64,000 nt of DNA from Opitutales bacterium (GCA_024407725.1 JAKSVZ010000003.1:4732-68731); one strand, 5' to 3'; counted from the first letter of the stretch, positions 1-10,249 are shown. The notes: generated by a model from the sequence alone, not told the origin. Program-made: numbers and translations.

Positions 1-1
1 C

Positions 2-319
2 GATTTGCAAAACGTTTTGGTGGTATGCGACGATATCAGTATTCCTTTAGGTAATTTTAAGGTGTCGATCAAACCCGGTAGTGCAGGCCATAATGGCATT
101 AAGCATATATTAGAATGCTGCGGCGCAGGGTTTGCACGTTATCGCGTAGGGGTTGGGGGAAAACCTCAAGAAATGCGTTTGGACGATTATGTACTTGCTA
201 AATTTTCCCCAGAAGAACAAGCAAAATTGCCGGAGGTTGCAGCTGCTTTTGAAAAGAATTTGGAAGTCTTTATTGACAAAGGGATTTTAAAGGGTCTGAA
301 TTTTATAGAACGATTATGA
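2..319 (+). CDS. pth: Peptidyl-tRNA hydrolase, C-terminal part (5' end lies outside the window)
   Basis: Translation VLVVCDDISIPLG..KPGSAGHNGIKHI..RYRVGVG matches conserved Pth core motifs. The ORF is open to the window edge. Its stop overlaps the next start (ATGA). Confidence 0.8.
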   Translation, partial: DLQNVLVVCDDISIPLGNFKVSIKPGSAGHNGIKHILECCGAGFARYRVGVGGKPQEMRLDDYVLAKFSPEEQAKLPEVAAAFEKNLEVFIDKGILKGLNFIERL

Positions 320-621
320 AGACGGCAAAGTCTATACGCAAGCAGTATAAAGCTACATTTATTTTAGATACGCATAAGTGGACTGAACCCATTGAGGCTC
401 TGATTGAGCAAATCAAGGGAACCATTGCTGAGATTGATGGCGAAGTGCTAGAAGTAAAGTCTTTGGGTATGAAACAGTTTGCACGTTGCCCGCGGAAAGA
501 TTTTATAGCGGCTCCTTACGTGTCTATTATTTGTTCTGCTGCACCCAATTTTAACAAGTTATTGAAAGAACGTATTGGATTGAATCCTAACGTGAATCGG
601 GTGATGGTGGAAACCAACTAA
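316..621 (+). CDS. rpsF: 30S ribosomal protein S6
   Basis: 101 aa. It shows the S6-like pattern (YKATFIL.., G.KQFA, C-terminal ..NRVMV) and sits directly upstream of ssb and rplI, as in the canonical rpsF cluster. Confidence 0.7.
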   Translation: MKTAKSIRKQYKATFILDTHKWTEPIEALIEQIKGTIAEIDGEVLEVKSLGMKQFARCPRKDFIAAPYVSIICSAAPNFNKLLKERIGLNPNVNRVMVETN

Positions 622-625
622 CATC

Positions 626-1102
626 ATGTCATCGTTCAATAAAGTATTGTTGATGGGAAATTTGGTGCGCGATCCAGAATTGCGTGCCACAACCAGTGGT
701 TTGTCAGTAGCAACCATCACTATTGCAGCTTCAAGAAGCGTACGTTCGGAAAAAGCCGAAGGGGGAATGCGGGAAGAAACCGTATTTGTCGATGTAGAGG
801 CGTTTGGGAAACAAGCCGAAACCATTGCGAAATTTTTTACCAAAGGACGTCCGATTTTTGTTGAATTACGGTTACGGTTGAACGAATGGACGAACCAAAA
901 CGGTGAAAAACGTAGCAAATTGTTGGTTGTTTTAGAGAATTTTGTTTTTGTGGGGTCTAATGATAAAGCCAAAGGAGCGGATGAGTTAACAACCATGGAG
1001 GCTGCTCCCAAGGTAGAGACAAGTGAGCCTCATAAGAAAGCTAAGAAAAGCAAAGATGCTCCAGCTCCAGAAGCTGAAGCAGATGAAGATGTTCCTTTTT
1101 AA
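626..1102 (+). CDS. ssb: Single-stranded DNA-binding protein
   Basis: N-terminal OB fold signature (FNKVLLMGNLVRDPELR), a low-complexity tail and the acidic C-terminal tip DEDVPF typical of bacterial SSB. Confidence 0.9.
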   Translation: MSSFNKVLLMGNLVRDPELRATTSGLSVATITIAASRSVRSEKAEGGMREETVFVDVEAFGKQAETIAKFFTKGRPIFVELRLRLNEWTNQNGEKRSKLLVVLENFVFVGSNDKAKGADELTTMEAAPKVETSEPHKKAKKSKDAPAPEAEADEDVPF

Positions 1103-1111
1103 GAGAAATTT

Positions 1112-1573
1112 ATGGCGCAGGTAAAAGTTTTATTGTTGAAGCCCCTAAAGCACCATGGGGATGAAGGAAGTATTATTTCGGTTAAAGCCGGTTTTGCGCG
1201 TAATCGTTTAATCCCAGGTGGGTTTGCCAAATTGGCTTCGGGAGCAAACGAAAAGCAAGTTCAAGCACTTTGCAGAATTCGTGCATTGCGTGAAGCAAAA
1301 GAGTTAGAAGCGGCTAAAGCTTTGGCTGAAAAAATTCAAGCTACCCAGCTAACGATTGCTGTAAAAACAGGCGATCAAGGGAAGTTGTTTGGCTCTGTTT
1401 GCGCTTCTGATTTAATGAAGCGTTACGAAGCAGAAGGAATCGTTTTTGATAAAGATTGTTTGCGTTTGGGTCAGCCTATCAAGCAGTTGGGAAAGCATGC
1501 CTTTCAGGTGCGTTTGCATAAGGATGTGGTGCTCGACTTAAGCGTTGAGGTGGTTTCTGAAAACCCACTATAA
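1112..1573 (+). CDS. rplI: 50S ribosomal protein L9
   Basis: MAQVKVLLLK..GDEGSIISVKAGFARNRLIP matches the L9 N-terminal domain. 153 aa, a typical size. Confidence 0.9.
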   Translation: MAQVKVLLLKPLKHHGDEGSIISVKAGFARNRLIPGGFAKLASGANEKQVQALCRIRALREAKELEAAKALAEKIQATQLTIAVKTGDQGKLFGSVCASDLMKRYEAEGIVFDKDCLRLGQPIKQLGKHAFQVRLHKDVVLDLSVEVVSENPL

Positions 1574-1632
1574 AAGCGTGAGAATGGGGCTTTTTTAAGT
1601 TCCCTTTTTCGAAGCGTGCAATTAGGTTTGCC

Positions 1633-3045
1633 ATGAGCATTAAAAAGCAGTCGGTTGGTTCTGTTCGAGAGCCTCCGTATAGCATGGCTTATGAACAGGC
1701 TTTGTTGGCAGCTTGCATGCTGGAAGGTGGGCAGGATAGCATTGCAAAATGCATTGATTTAAAACTGTCTGCCGATTCCTTTTACATTCCGGCTCATCAA
1801 AAAATTTTTGAAGCCTGTATTACGTTATTTAAGGCGGGATCTCCTGTTAATTTAGTAACCGTTGGCGAGCAACTTAAAGGCATGGGAGCTTTGGAGCGCA
1901 TCGGCGGTTTGGTTTATCTTAATGAATTAAGCGACCGCATTGAATCGCCGGCGGGGTTAGCGTTTTATGCCCAAAGCGTAAAAGATCTGGAGGTTGCGCG
2001 CAATTTAGTACGTTTTTTCTTAACGGGGCTGGAAGAAGCGTATCAGGTACGCGACGTGGATCAATTTATTGAGCACGTTGAAAGCCGTGTGTTCGAGATT
2101 AATCAGGGGCGTGTTGAAGAAACGGTACTGCCCTTTGAAGGTTCGGTGGATAAAGCTGTGAACCTCATGCAAAAATTATCGGAGGATCATGAGGTAGTAA
2201 ATGGGGTTGCCAGTGGATTCAAGGATTTGGATCAATTGACTACCGGATTTCATGGCGCCGAAATGATAGTTATTGCTGCGCGTCCATCTATGGGTAAAAC
2301 CGCTTTGGCTTTAAATATTGCCGAAGCTGCTTTGATGCGGGCAAATCCAGTTCCAACGTTGTTTTTTAGCCTTGAAATGAGTGCGGAACAGTTGGCAATG
2401 CGTATGATTGGTAGCTGTGGGCGTATTGACATGACTAAACTGCGTACGGGTTTTTTGAGCAAATCACGTCAGGCTTCTATTGGTCAGATAGGTGAGGCGC
2501 TTAAACACGTACCCCTATGGATTGATGAATCCAGCAACTTAACGATTTTGGAACTGCGTTCGAAGGCGCGTCGTTTGCATGCACAGCATCCATTGGGATT
2601 GATTATTATCGACTATTTACAGTTATTGGCAGGAACCGATGCTAAGGTGTCTCGAGAGCAGCAAATTGCAGAAATTTCGCGCGGTGTTAAAAGTATGGCG
2701 AAGGAATTGAATGTTCCGGTGATTGTGTTGAGTCAGCTCAACCGTGAAATGGAGCGCGAAAACCGTCAGCCACGCTTATCGGATTTGCGTGAATCAGGCT
2801 CCATTGAGCAAGATGCTGATTTGGTTTTGTTGTTAAGCAAAGCGGATAAGGAACCGTCGACTGCAGAAAAACCATCGCAAGCGTTGGAAGAGGTTGCGCC
2901 TCCTGCAAATGAACCGTTGACAGATGTCGTAAGACGCGATTTGATTTTAGCTAAGCAGCGTAATGGACCTATTGGGGTTGTACCCCTCGTTTTCTTTAGG
3001 GCTTATACGCGCTTTGAAAGTTTTGTATCGGATAAAAAAATATGA
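1633..3045 (+). CDS. dnaB: Replicative DNA helicase DnaB
   Basis: 470 aa. It has the DnaB N-terminal domain (PPYS..EQALLAACML), Walker A (AARPSMGKTA), IIIDYLQLL, SQLNRE and a C-terminal KQRNGPIG motif. Confidence 0.95.
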   Translation: MSIKKQSVGSVREPPYSMAYEQALLAACMLEGGQDSIAKCIDLKLSADSFYIPAHQKIFEACITLFKAGSPVNLVTVGEQLKGMGALERIGGLVYLNELSDRIESPAGLAFYAQSVKDLEVARNLVRFFLTGLEEAYQVRDVDQFIEHVESRVFEINQGRVEETVLPFEGSVDKAVNLMQKLSEDHEVVNGVASGFKDLDQLTTGFHGAEMIVIAARPSMGKTALALNIAEAALMRANPVPTLFFSLEMSAEQLAMRMIGSCGRIDMTKLRTGFLSKSRQASIGQIGEALKHVPLWIDESSNLTILELRSKARRLHAQHPLGLIIIDYLQLLAGTDAKVSREQQIAEISRGVKSMAKELNVPVIVLSQLNREMERENRQPRLSDLRESGSIEQDADLVLLLSKADKEPSTAEKPSQALEEVAPPANEPLTDVVRRDLILAKQRNGPIGVVPLVFFRAYTRFESFVSDKKI

Positions 3046-5471
3046 AGCAGTTGTTGATCGTCGGATTGATTGGATCGTTGTGTGTTATAGGGTATGGTGG
3101 AGCGAATCCAACGCATCCTGCAACGCAGGCCAAACAAAAGTCATCTAAGGCTCCTGCAAAAACGGCTCCGCTTGCATTGAACGATGGCTATATACCTTTA
3201 GCTGACGCAGAGCTAACGTTAACCCGAACAAACGCTTGGAAGGTTCGCCAATTACAGTTGAATTTAAGCCAAGAAATTAGCGTATCCAAGGCGTTTATTG
3301 CTTCGCATATTGGCTTTGTTGAAGGCGATGAAATTGATGAAACTGCGTTTCAGGTTGCTTCGAAGCAATTGTACGATACGGGGTGGATCGATACGCTGCG
3401 TTGGGAAGTGAAAAAAGTAGATGCTAATACGCTGGATTTGCGTTTAAGTTTGGTTATTTTCCCAAAAATTGCTGAATTCCGCTTTGAGGGAAACAACGAT
3501 TTTACGGGCAAAACCCTTGAGTATGAGATGAAAAGCCGCATTAATGAGGCCTGTAATCCTCATGGTTTGCAGGCGGATGTTGCACGTTTAAAAGCTTTTT
3601 ATACCTCCAAGGGGTATTTTAAGTCCGATGTCAGCATTACGCACGAGCCATTGCGTGATGGTTATGAAACCGTCATTGTAACAGTCAATGAGGATTTGGG
3701 ATATAAAATTAAACGCATTGATTTTCAAGGGGTTACAGCGTTTAAACCTGGAAAGTTGCGTGATTTATTGGTTACGCGCAAATGGTGGCCTTTCTCATTC
3801 TTTACCAAAACGGGACGTTTAGATGAGGATCGTTTGCAGCATGATATCGATACCTTGCGTAATCATTATCGCAATGCGGGTTATTTGGATGTCGAAATTA
3901 ACCGTAAAAACGTAGCGATTCAGAACAAAGGTAATCGTCTGCGTATTGTCTTTAAGATTCAGGAAGGAGAACGGTATTATATTGGAAACGTTTCGGTAAC
4001 TTCTGATGTTCCGGAAGATGAGGAAAAACTAACCACCTACCTTGGTTTCTTAAAGAAGGGAGCTCCTGCTTCAGCCGAGTTGATTGAACAAGGATGTGAG
4101 TTTTTGCGGGATTATTACGGAAAAGATGGCTATGTGGATGCACGGGTAGATGTAAAACGTACCTTTATCGACCATGAGGTGGATTTGGCCTTTTCCGTTG
4201 TTCGGGGGGCTCAATACCGCGTTCATTCGATTTATCTAACGGGTAATGTACATTCTCAATCCCGTTTGGTGGTGCGCGAAATGAATTTGGCTCCTGGGGA
4301 TTTGTTGAACCGCCGCCGGATGAAATTAGCCGAGTTGCGTTTGCAAAACACGGGATTGTTTAAGTCAGCGGTTATTGTTCCGGAAGATTCCTCTATGCCT
4401 TACGAAAAGGATGTTAAGGTGGTGGTTGAGGAGGATAAAACCGGTAGTATTTCATTGACCGGAGGTATTAGCTCGACGGAAAAAATTACGGTTGGATTGA
4501 CCTTAGGACAAAGCAATTTCGATTGGGGCAATGGAAAAGATTATCACCGTGGAGCCGGTCAAAAAGCACAAACGGGTATTACCGTTGGAAAGTATTCGCA
4601 ACAGATTGGCTTTAACTTCGAAGAACCTTGGTTGTTCGATCGAGAGCTGCGTTGGGGTTTTGGCCTTACGGGTTCCAGAAGTAATTTAAACCAAAAAGAT
4701 TACAAACAGCAGCGTGTGGGTGCTGACATTTATGTTGGAAAACGTTTGTTTGAATTGGTCGAAGGACGTTTGTACTACCATATAGAGCACTTCAAGTTAG
4801 TGGGAGTTGATGATAGCGTATCTCAAGCCGTTAAGGATGAAGAGGGTTCGCGGGTTATTTCAAAGATTGGGTTTGAATTATCTCGTGATACGCGCGATCA
4901 GTTTGTGCATCCAACCGAAGGAAATGTAGCCGTCTGGGATAATCAATTTGCTGGGGTTGGTGGAAAGACAAAGTATGTTCGGTCGAAAGCGGTTTTTGCC
5001 CAATGGTTCTTGGTGACCCCGAATTACGAACAGGTGTTAATGCTTAAATGTAAAGGTGCTGCTGTTCGTGGTTGGGGCGGCAAAGATGTTCCCTTGTTCG
5101 AACGTGAATACTTAGGAGGCGAATCAGACTTGCGTGGTTTCGATTATCAAGAAGCAGGTCCTCGTTCCAATGATTTCCATCAGGATCCGTTAGGAGGTAA
5201 GTATGCGATAGCGGGTATTTCGGAATACTCGATTGCTCTCCACCCTCGATTCCGTTTAATTTTCTACCTCGATGCCGGTAAGGTGGTAAAAATGAACGAT
5301 AAGTATTTGTGCCCAGGTACCGATACGATTTATGCGGATGCTGGAATTGGAACGGCTATCGATATCCTCAATGTGCCTTTGAAGTTATTTTTCTCCTATC
5401 CCTTCAAAGCGCATGAGAGTGATAGTAAAGAATTCCCGCATTTTTCCTATGCGTTTGGGGTAACTTTTTAA
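3042..5471 (+). CDS. bamA: Outer membrane protein assembly factor BamA (Omp85 family)
   Basis: 809 aa with a signal sequence, repeated POTRA-like segments and a C-terminal beta-barrel ending ..FSYAFGVTF (terminal Phe). It shows bamA-skp-lpxD synteny. Confidence 0.85.
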   Translation: MKQLLIVGLIGSLCVIGYGGANPTHPATQAKQKSSKAPAKTAPLALNDGYIPLADAELTLTRTNAWKVRQLQLNLSQEISVSKAFIASHIGFVEGDEIDETAFQVASKQLYDTGWIDTLRWEVKKVDANTLDLRLSLVIFPKIAEFRFEGNNDFTGKTLEYEMKSRINEACNPHGLQADVARLKAFYTSKGYFKSDVSITHEPLRDGYETVIVTVNEDLGYKIKRIDFQGVTAFKPGKLRDLLVTRKWWPFSFFTKTGRLDEDRLQHDIDTLRNHYRNAGYLDVEINRKNVAIQNKGNRLRIVFKIQEGERYYIGNVSVTSDVPEDEEKLTTYLGFLKKGAPASAELIEQGCEFLRDYYGKDGYVDARVDVKRTFIDHEVDLAFSVVRGAQYRVHSIYLTGNVHSQSRLVVREMNLAPGDLLNRRRMKLAELRLQNTGLFKSAVIVPEDSSMPYEKDVKVVVEEDKTGSISLTGGISSTEKITVGLTLGQSNFDWGNGKDYHRGAGQKAQTGITVGKYSQQIGFNFEEPWLFDRELRWGFGLTGSRSNLNQKDYKQQRVGADIYVGKRLFELVEGRLYYHIEHFKLVGVDDSVSQAVKDEEGSRVISKIGFELSRDTRDQFVHPTEGNVAVWDNQFAGVGGKTKYVRSKAVFAQWFLVTPNYEQVLMLKCKGAAVRGWGGKDVPLFEREYLGGESDLRGFDYQEAGPRSNDFHQDPLGGKYAIAGISEYSIALHPRFRLIFYLDAGKVVKMNDKYLCPGTDTIYADAGIGTAIDILNVPLKLFFSYPFKAHESDSKEFPHFSYAFGVTF

Positions 5472-5489
5472 ACAATTTTTTAAAACAAG

Positions 5490-6092
5490 ATGAAGATGAA
5501 TATATTAAAGCAATTAGGTTTTCAAGCTGCTATTCTTGGCTGCTGTTTGAGTGCTCAAGCAAAATTTGGTGTGGTTGATGAAGCAAAGGTGTATGATCAA
5601 TTTTATAAGAAGCAACCTGCTGAAGAGAAATTTCAAACGATCACCAATCAATTTCAAGCTGAGCATGATAAGATGATTGCAGAAGGCGATAAGTTGTTGG
5701 AAGAGCGTAAGGTCTTGGTTGAAAAATTAAAAGCTCCTGGGGTTGCTGAAAATGCCAAGAAGGGGCTAGAAAAGCAGATTACGGAATTAGATAAAAAGTT
5801 GGATGAAAAAGCCAATGCAATCAAAGCGTTCCGTCAAGAAAAGACCATGATGTTGCAAGAACAACGTCAGCAGATATTGCAGGAGCATTTTGCTGAAATC
5901 AAAGTAGCGATTGAGCAAGTAGCTAAAGCAAAAGGATGCGAAGTTGTTTTTGGAGCTGCTGCCATTGCTTATGCAGATAAATCGTTAGATTTAACGGATG
6001 CCGTCATTCAGGCTGCCAACAAGGGTCAAAGCGTAAGTAAAGAAGCCCCTAAGGCTCAAGCGAAACAACAAGCGGAAAAATCGAAGAAATAA
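5490..6092 (+). CDS. skp: OmpH/Skp-like periplasmic chaperone
   Basis: 200 aa with a signal peptide and a long K/E/Q-rich coiled-coil body. It lies between bamA and lpxD. Confidence 0.7.
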   Translation: MKMNILKQLGFQAAILGCCLSAQAKFGVVDEAKVYDQFYKKQPAEEKFQTITNQFQAEHDKMIAEGDKLLEERKVLVEKLKAPGVAENAKKGLEKQITELDKKLDEKANAIKAFRQEKTMMLQEQRQQILQEHFAEIKVAIEQVAKAKGCEVVFGAAAIAYADKSLDLTDAVIQAANKGQSVSKEAPKAQAKQQAEKSKK

Positions 6093-6118
6093 ACGCGATT
6101 CGACGAACGCGTGGAGGT

Positions 6119-6152
6119 GCTCTTATCTCCCAAAGGGATAAGGGCATTTTTT
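6119..6152 (+). terminator. Rho-independent terminator after skp
   Basis: An 11-bp stem (6119..6129 pairs with 6135..6145, including 2 G-U pairs), a 5-nt loop CCAAA, then A + TTTTTT (6147..6152). Confidence 0.6.
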
Positions 6153-6250
6153 GAGTGATTCGCTTGTCATTAGTTTAAGGGTGCGTTATCATTAAACTAC
6201 AATCAGTGGCTGTAGGAGCCATTGAAATTAACCCCTAAAACGATAGCACT

Positions 6251-7369
6251 ATGCAGAACATTTTTTATACCTTAGATGCGATTATTAACCTAGTAAAGCC
6301 CCTCAATGTAAAAGGGCATTTGACCCATACAACCTTGATGGGAATTGCTTCGTTGGATAAAGCGCTTCCGACGGATTTATCGTTTTTGGGTAATTTAAAA
6401 TATCGTCCGCAGGTGGATCAATCCAAAGCGGGTGTAATTTTGGTTCCTCCTTCTTATTTGGGGGAACCACACAAGGAACAGGTACTTTTGACGGTTAATG
6501 ATCCCTCGGAAGCGTTGAGTATTATCTGCCGCGATTTAATGCTGAAAAATGCCCCGAAGGTAAAGCCGGGGATTCATCCGACGGCTGTTGTAGATCCGAC
6601 GGCAAAAGTAGATCCAACAGCGGCCATTGGGCCTTTGTGTGTTGTAGGGGCTCATAGCGTGATTGGTGACCATGTGGTGTTGAGCGCGCATGTGTTTGTT
6701 GGAGAGCATGTTCAAATTCAATCAGGTGCTATTATACGCCCCAATTGTTCTCTGTTAGACGGAACCCAGGTTGGGAAACGATGCTTTATTGATGCAGGAG
6801 TTGTTTTAGGCTCGGAAGGGTATGGCTATACGACTGTCAATGGCGCTCATCAACGTTGTCCGCAAATAGGGTGTGTGGTTTTAGAAGATGATGTGGATAT
6901 AGGAGCCAATACCACCATTGATCGTGCCCGTTTTGAAGAGACCCGCATTGGTGAAGGAACCAAGATTGATAATTTAGTGCAGATTGCCCACAACGTGGTG
7001 ATTGGAAAACATTGCTTTATTGTGGCATTTGCTGGAATTGCCGGCAGTACCCATATCGGGGATTATACAACCATCGCAGGTCAAGTGGGATTGGCAGGCC
7101 ATATTAACATTGGAAGTCATGTGGTTGTAGGTGCGCAATCAGGCGTTAATCACGACTTGCCCGATCATAGTTTTGTTCGTGGAACACCGGTATTTCCTTT
7201 CATGTTGGCGCATCGTATTGATAACCTCAAGCGGCGATTACCGGACTTGTTTAAGCGGGTGGATAATTTGGAAAAAGTATTTTCGTACTTAACCGATGAT
7301 GCAGCCAAATCGTGCTTTTTAAAGCAGGGCGATGCTAAGCAGGAACCCGAAAGTGCTACCCAAGCTTAG
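6251..7369 (+). CDS. lpxD: UDP-3-O-acylglucosamine N-acyltransferase
   Basis: 372 aa with an LpxD N-terminal domain followed by extended hexapeptide (left-handed beta-helix) repeats. It lies downstream of bamA-skp. Confidence 0.9.
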   Translation: MQNIFYTLDAIINLVKPLNVKGHLTHTTLMGIASLDKALPTDLSFLGNLKYRPQVDQSKAGVILVPPSYLGEPHKEQVLLTVNDPSEALSIICRDLMLKNAPKVKPGIHPTAVVDPTAKVDPTAAIGPLCVVGAHSVIGDHVVLSAHVFVGEHVQIQSGAIIRPNCSLLDGTQVGKRCFIDAGVVLGSEGYGYTTVNGAHQRCPQIGCVVLEDDVDIGANTTIDRARFEETRIGEGTKIDNLVQIAHNVVIGKHCFIVAFAGIAGSTHIGDYTTIAGQVGLAGHINIGSHVVVGAQSGVNHDLPDHSFVRGTPVFPFMLAHRIDNLKRRLPDLFKRVDNLEKVFSYLTDDAAKSCFLKQGDAKQEPESATQA

Positions 7370-7478
7370 CTTTTTGAATTGAACGTCCGTCAGGGGCTTG
7401 GCATCCTTAGAGAGAGGGTTATAGATCGTGGGTTGGTTGATAGCCTCGATTGAGATCCTAGGATGGCAGGGCTGAAGC

Positions 7479-8417
7479 ATGGATGATGGCGTTATAAAAA
7501 AAGTCCTTTTAATCGTTGGTTCGGGTTATACGCCTTTGGCAGACCGTATTGGCCAACAATTACAGCTTGCAGTTGCTCCCATACACCCAACTCAGTTTCC
7601 CAATGGGGAGCGATGGGTTCAATTGCCGCTGGAGGTTGAAGGTAAGGACGTTTGTTTGTTCCAAGACACAACGCAGGATCCGAACGACTCACTGTTTGAA
7701 TTGTTACAGATGGTAGATGCGGCAAAGCAGGGTAAAGCGCGCTCTATTTTAGTCATTTGCCCCAGTTATGCTTATGCCCGACAGGAACACCCTCTTCCGA
7801 GATGCGCCCCCACTCCTTTATTGTTTGCACGGTTACTATCAACCCTTGGGGCGGATCGTTTGTTAACGGTTGATTTGCACGCTCCCCATCAAAGCCATCA
7901 GTTTGCTATTCCTACGCAAGTTATCGGGGTTGAGGGGGTGTTTATTCCCTATTTGCGTTCGGTAATGGAGACAGGAAGTCTATTGTTTGGAGCAGATGGC
8001 AGCATGTACGAGCGCGTGAAAGCATGGGCTCAGGCGTTAGGATGTCCTTACGGTTGGGCTCATAAACAACGGGATGTGCAGGGTCGCTTAAGTTTGGTGG
8101 ATTGGCACGGGGATGTGCAAGGGCAATCAGTTTATTTAGTGGATGACCGAGTGGATACAGGAGGAACCATCGCATTGGTTGCAGCCCGTTTAAAGCAATT
8201 AGGAGCTAAAAAGATAACGGCTGTGGTTACGCATGGCATTACGGACGTGGCGGTTTGGAAACGCATTCAGGGCTGTGGGGTGGATGCGATTATCGAAAGT
8301 GATACGCGTTCTGTTTGTACTTTAGGAACATGCCAAACCGTGTTGTCGGTCAGTCCTTTAATAACCGATGCGATTCGAACAGCGCTTGGTTCGTTATCAA
8401 GGGTATTGGGTCGGTGA
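7479..8417 (+). CDS. prs: Ribose-phosphate pyrophosphokinase
   Basis: Motifs FPNGE..V, DLHA and the PRPP-binding loop LVDDRVDTGGT. 312 aa. Confidence 0.85.
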   Translation: MDDGVIKKVLLIVGSGYTPLADRIGQQLQLAVAPIHPTQFPNGERWVQLPLEVEGKDVCLFQDTTQDPNDSLFELLQMVDAAKQGKARSILVICPSYAYARQEHPLPRCAPTPLLFARLLSTLGADRLLTVDLHAPHQSHQFAIPTQVIGVEGVFIPYLRSVMETGSLLFGADGSMYERVKAWAQALGCPYGWAHKQRDVQGRLSLVDWHGDVQGQSVYLVDDRVDTGGTIALVAARLKQLGAKKITAVVTHGITDVAVWKRIQGCGVDAIIESDTRSVCTLGTCQTVLSVSPLITDAIRTALGSLSRVLGR

Positions 8418-8487
8418 GGAATGCGAGCGTGCCTACTTTGCGGTTGACTCAACGGGTGGAATAGAGTGGAACTATATAGATAAGAGA

Positions 8488-8563
8488 GCCGAGGTAGCTC
8501 AGTTGGTAGAGCAACGCACTCGTAACGCGTAGGTCGTGAGTTCGAACCTCATCTTCGGCTCCA
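8488..8563 (+). tRNA. tRNA-Thr (anticodon CGU), CCA encoded
   Basis: Hand-folded cloverleaf. Acceptor GCCGAGG/CTTCGGC (one G-U pair), D arm GCTC-AGTTGGTA-GAGC, anticodon loop CT-CGT-AA, T arm GTGAG-TTCGAAC-CTCAT, discriminator T then CCA. Confidence 0.9.
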
Positions 8564-8593
8564 TAATGAATTTTAGAAAGTAAAGGAAGCATT

Positions 8594-8752
8594 ATGTCAC
8601 AACATGCAAGTTTAAGGAAAAGCGCCAATAGTGCGGACGCTAGCCAAACCGTATTGAAACGTTATGAACGGGTTGCGTTATTGAAAAAACGCGGTCAGTG
8701 GAAAGAGGGACAAAGTGTATTAGGTTTGGTAAAAACTAAGCCAGAAGCGTAA
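8594..8752 (+). CDS. Small basic protein (52 aa), PVC-type
   Basis: This ORF is below the track's size cutoff. Translation: MSQHASLRKSANSADASQTVLKRYERVALLKKRGQWKEGQSVLGLVKTKPEA. It is preceded by the RBS AAAGGAAG 5 nt upstream. From memory it resembles the small basic protein family conserved in Chlamydiae/Verrucomicrobia (VLKR.ER...LKK.G.W....S..GL.K); this needs an HMM check. Confidence 0.55.
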   Translation: MSQHASLRKSANSADASQTVLKRYERVALLKKRGQWKEGQSVLGLVKTKPEA

Positions 8753-8754
8753 TT

Positions 8755-9327
8755 ATGTCGAATTTAGATAAGCGACCGGCCACCAGTATTCGTAAGAATA
8801 ATGTGGTTATGTATCAAAACGTACCGCATATTGTTACGGAGGTAGAACACCGTACGCAAGGTCGGCAAGCAGGATTTATTCAAGTCACCTTGCGCAACTT
8901 GACCACCGGTATTGCGACCCAGAATAAGTTTCATTCCAACGATACAGTTTACTTCTGTTATGTTGAATCGAAAGCATTAGAGTATTCCTTTGAGGATAAC
9001 GAAGGCTATCATTTTTTGCATACGGATACCTATGAAGATGAGGTTATTCCCAGCAAGTTATTGGAAGCCCAGAAAAATTATTTGATTCAGGGGGAATCCT
9101 ATTCGGTCTTGTTTGTCGATGATCGTCCGTTGCAAATTCAATTGCCTGCTGCCGTTGCCATGAAGGTTACAGAGGCATCCGAAGGAGTACGGGGTGATAC
9201 CGCAACCAATGCGCAAAAAACGGTGGTTGTCGAAACGGGGATGAAGGTACAAGTGCCTTTGTTTATTAAGACGGGTGAAACAATCCGTATTGATACCGAT
9301 ACGGGTGCCTATTTAGGGCGCGCTTAA
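8755..9327 (+). CDS. efp: Elongation factor P
   Basis: 190 aa. The N-terminal KOW-like domain (IRKNNVVMYQNVPHIVTEVEH..QGRQAGFIQVTLRNLTTG) and OB domains are typical of EF-P. Confidence 0.95.
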   Translation: MSNLDKRPATSIRKNNVVMYQNVPHIVTEVEHRTQGRQAGFIQVTLRNLTTGIATQNKFHSNDTVYFCYVESKALEYSFEDNEGYHFLHTDTYEDEVIPSKLLEAQKNYLIQGESYSVLFVDDRPLQIQLPAAVAMKVTEASEGVRGDTATNAQKTVVVETGMKVQVPLFIKTGETIRIDTDTGAYLGRA

Positions 9328-9339
9328 ACTTAACTTCGG

Positions 9340-10236
9340 ATGCAGCCGTACGTGCTAGTGCTGTCGGATGAGCAATCCGAATGTTTGTTGAATTATTTAA
9401 GGGATCATCAGTGGCATAAGGATGAGGTCCCTTATTCCTTGTATGCCTATCATAACCCTGACGTAAAAGTGGTGGTCTATCACAATCATAAGCTGGTTGT
9501 GCAAGGTAAGGGCGTTGAAGATTTCGTTCTTCATACCTTGGAAACGGAGATTACTCATAAACCGCTTTATGGCTATGATCGAGTCAATCATCCTGAATGG
9601 TTTGAAGCGCATGCAGGATTGGATGAAAGCGGAAAAGGCGATCTGTTTGGCCCTTTGGTAGCGGCTACCGTTATTGCGGATGGAGCAGCGGTTGATTTTT
9701 GGCTGTCTAAAGGGCTAAAAGAGAGTAAAGCCATTAAGTCCGATGAGCGTTTGTTCAAAATGGAAGCCTTGGTACGCGAGCCCAAAGGAGTGGTTATTGA
9801 AACGGCCTATGCCAATATGGAGCGATACAACGAATTGTATACGCAATTCGGCAATTTGAATCAATTGCTTGCGTGGATGCATGCGCGTGCCTTGGATAGT
9901 GCTTTGCAACAAAGTACGGTTCAAAAAGGTCTGTTGGATCAATTTGTTAAGGCGCATTTAGTCCAAAAATTTTTAAAGCGAAATGACTTTATGCTTCAAC
10001 AGCGGGTGCGTGCAGAAGAAGATCCGGTGGTAGCTGCCGCCTCGATTATTGCGCGGGCAGTCTATGTGCGGAAATTACGCGATTTAAGTAAGGAAGCGGG
10101 GATTAATCTACCAAAAGGTTGCGGAATTGATGCCCAAAAAGCATTAAAAACCTTAGGGGATACGGTAGGGAAAGATCAGCTCAAACGCTACGCCAAGATG
10201 CATTTTAAAACCATTGATGAAGTGTTAAAATCGTAA
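9340..10236 (+). CDS. rnhC: Ribonuclease HIII
   Basis: 298 aa with an N-terminal TBP-like domain and the RNase HII/HIII catalytic motif [17 protein letters not shown]. Confidence 0.85.
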   Translation: MQPYVLVLSDEQSECLLNYLRDHQWHKDEVPYSLYAYHNPDVKVVVYHNHKLVVQGKGVEDFVLHTLETEITHKPLYGYDRVNHPEWFEAHAGLDESGKGDLFGPLVAATVIADGAAVDFWLSKGLKESKAIKSDERLFKMEALVREPKGVVIETAYANMERYNELYTQFGNLNQLLAWMHARALDSALQQSTVQKGLLDQFVKAHLVQKFLKRNDFMLQQRVRAEEDPVVAAASIIARAVYVRKLRDLSKEAGINLPKGCGIDAQKALKTLGDTVGKDQLKRYAKMHFKTIDEVLKS

Positions 10237-10249
10237 GGGGGATAGGAAT

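Noticed and set aside
559-1011. A 150-aa minus-strand ORF antisense to ssb. Similar long antisense or alternate-frame ORFs in the track include 12696..13064, 13305..13670, 21521..21877, 24462..24839, 24543..24857, 32441..32797, 35514..35828, 35528..35839, 37623..37919, 47534..47827, 48507..48815, 50559..50888 and 52037..52327.
   Set aside because: Each lies entirely inside a gene on the other strand or frame whose product has strong family motifs. Their translations are low-complexity or Arg/Ser/Pro-rich with no motifs. They are typical shadow ORFs.
8488-8563. tRNA-Thr, and tRNA-Val at 63928..64000, as possible integration sites for a genomic island.
   Set aside because: I found no integrase, no direct repeat of the tRNA 3' end, and no change of gene character next to either tRNA. 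The flanking genes are core housekeeping genes.
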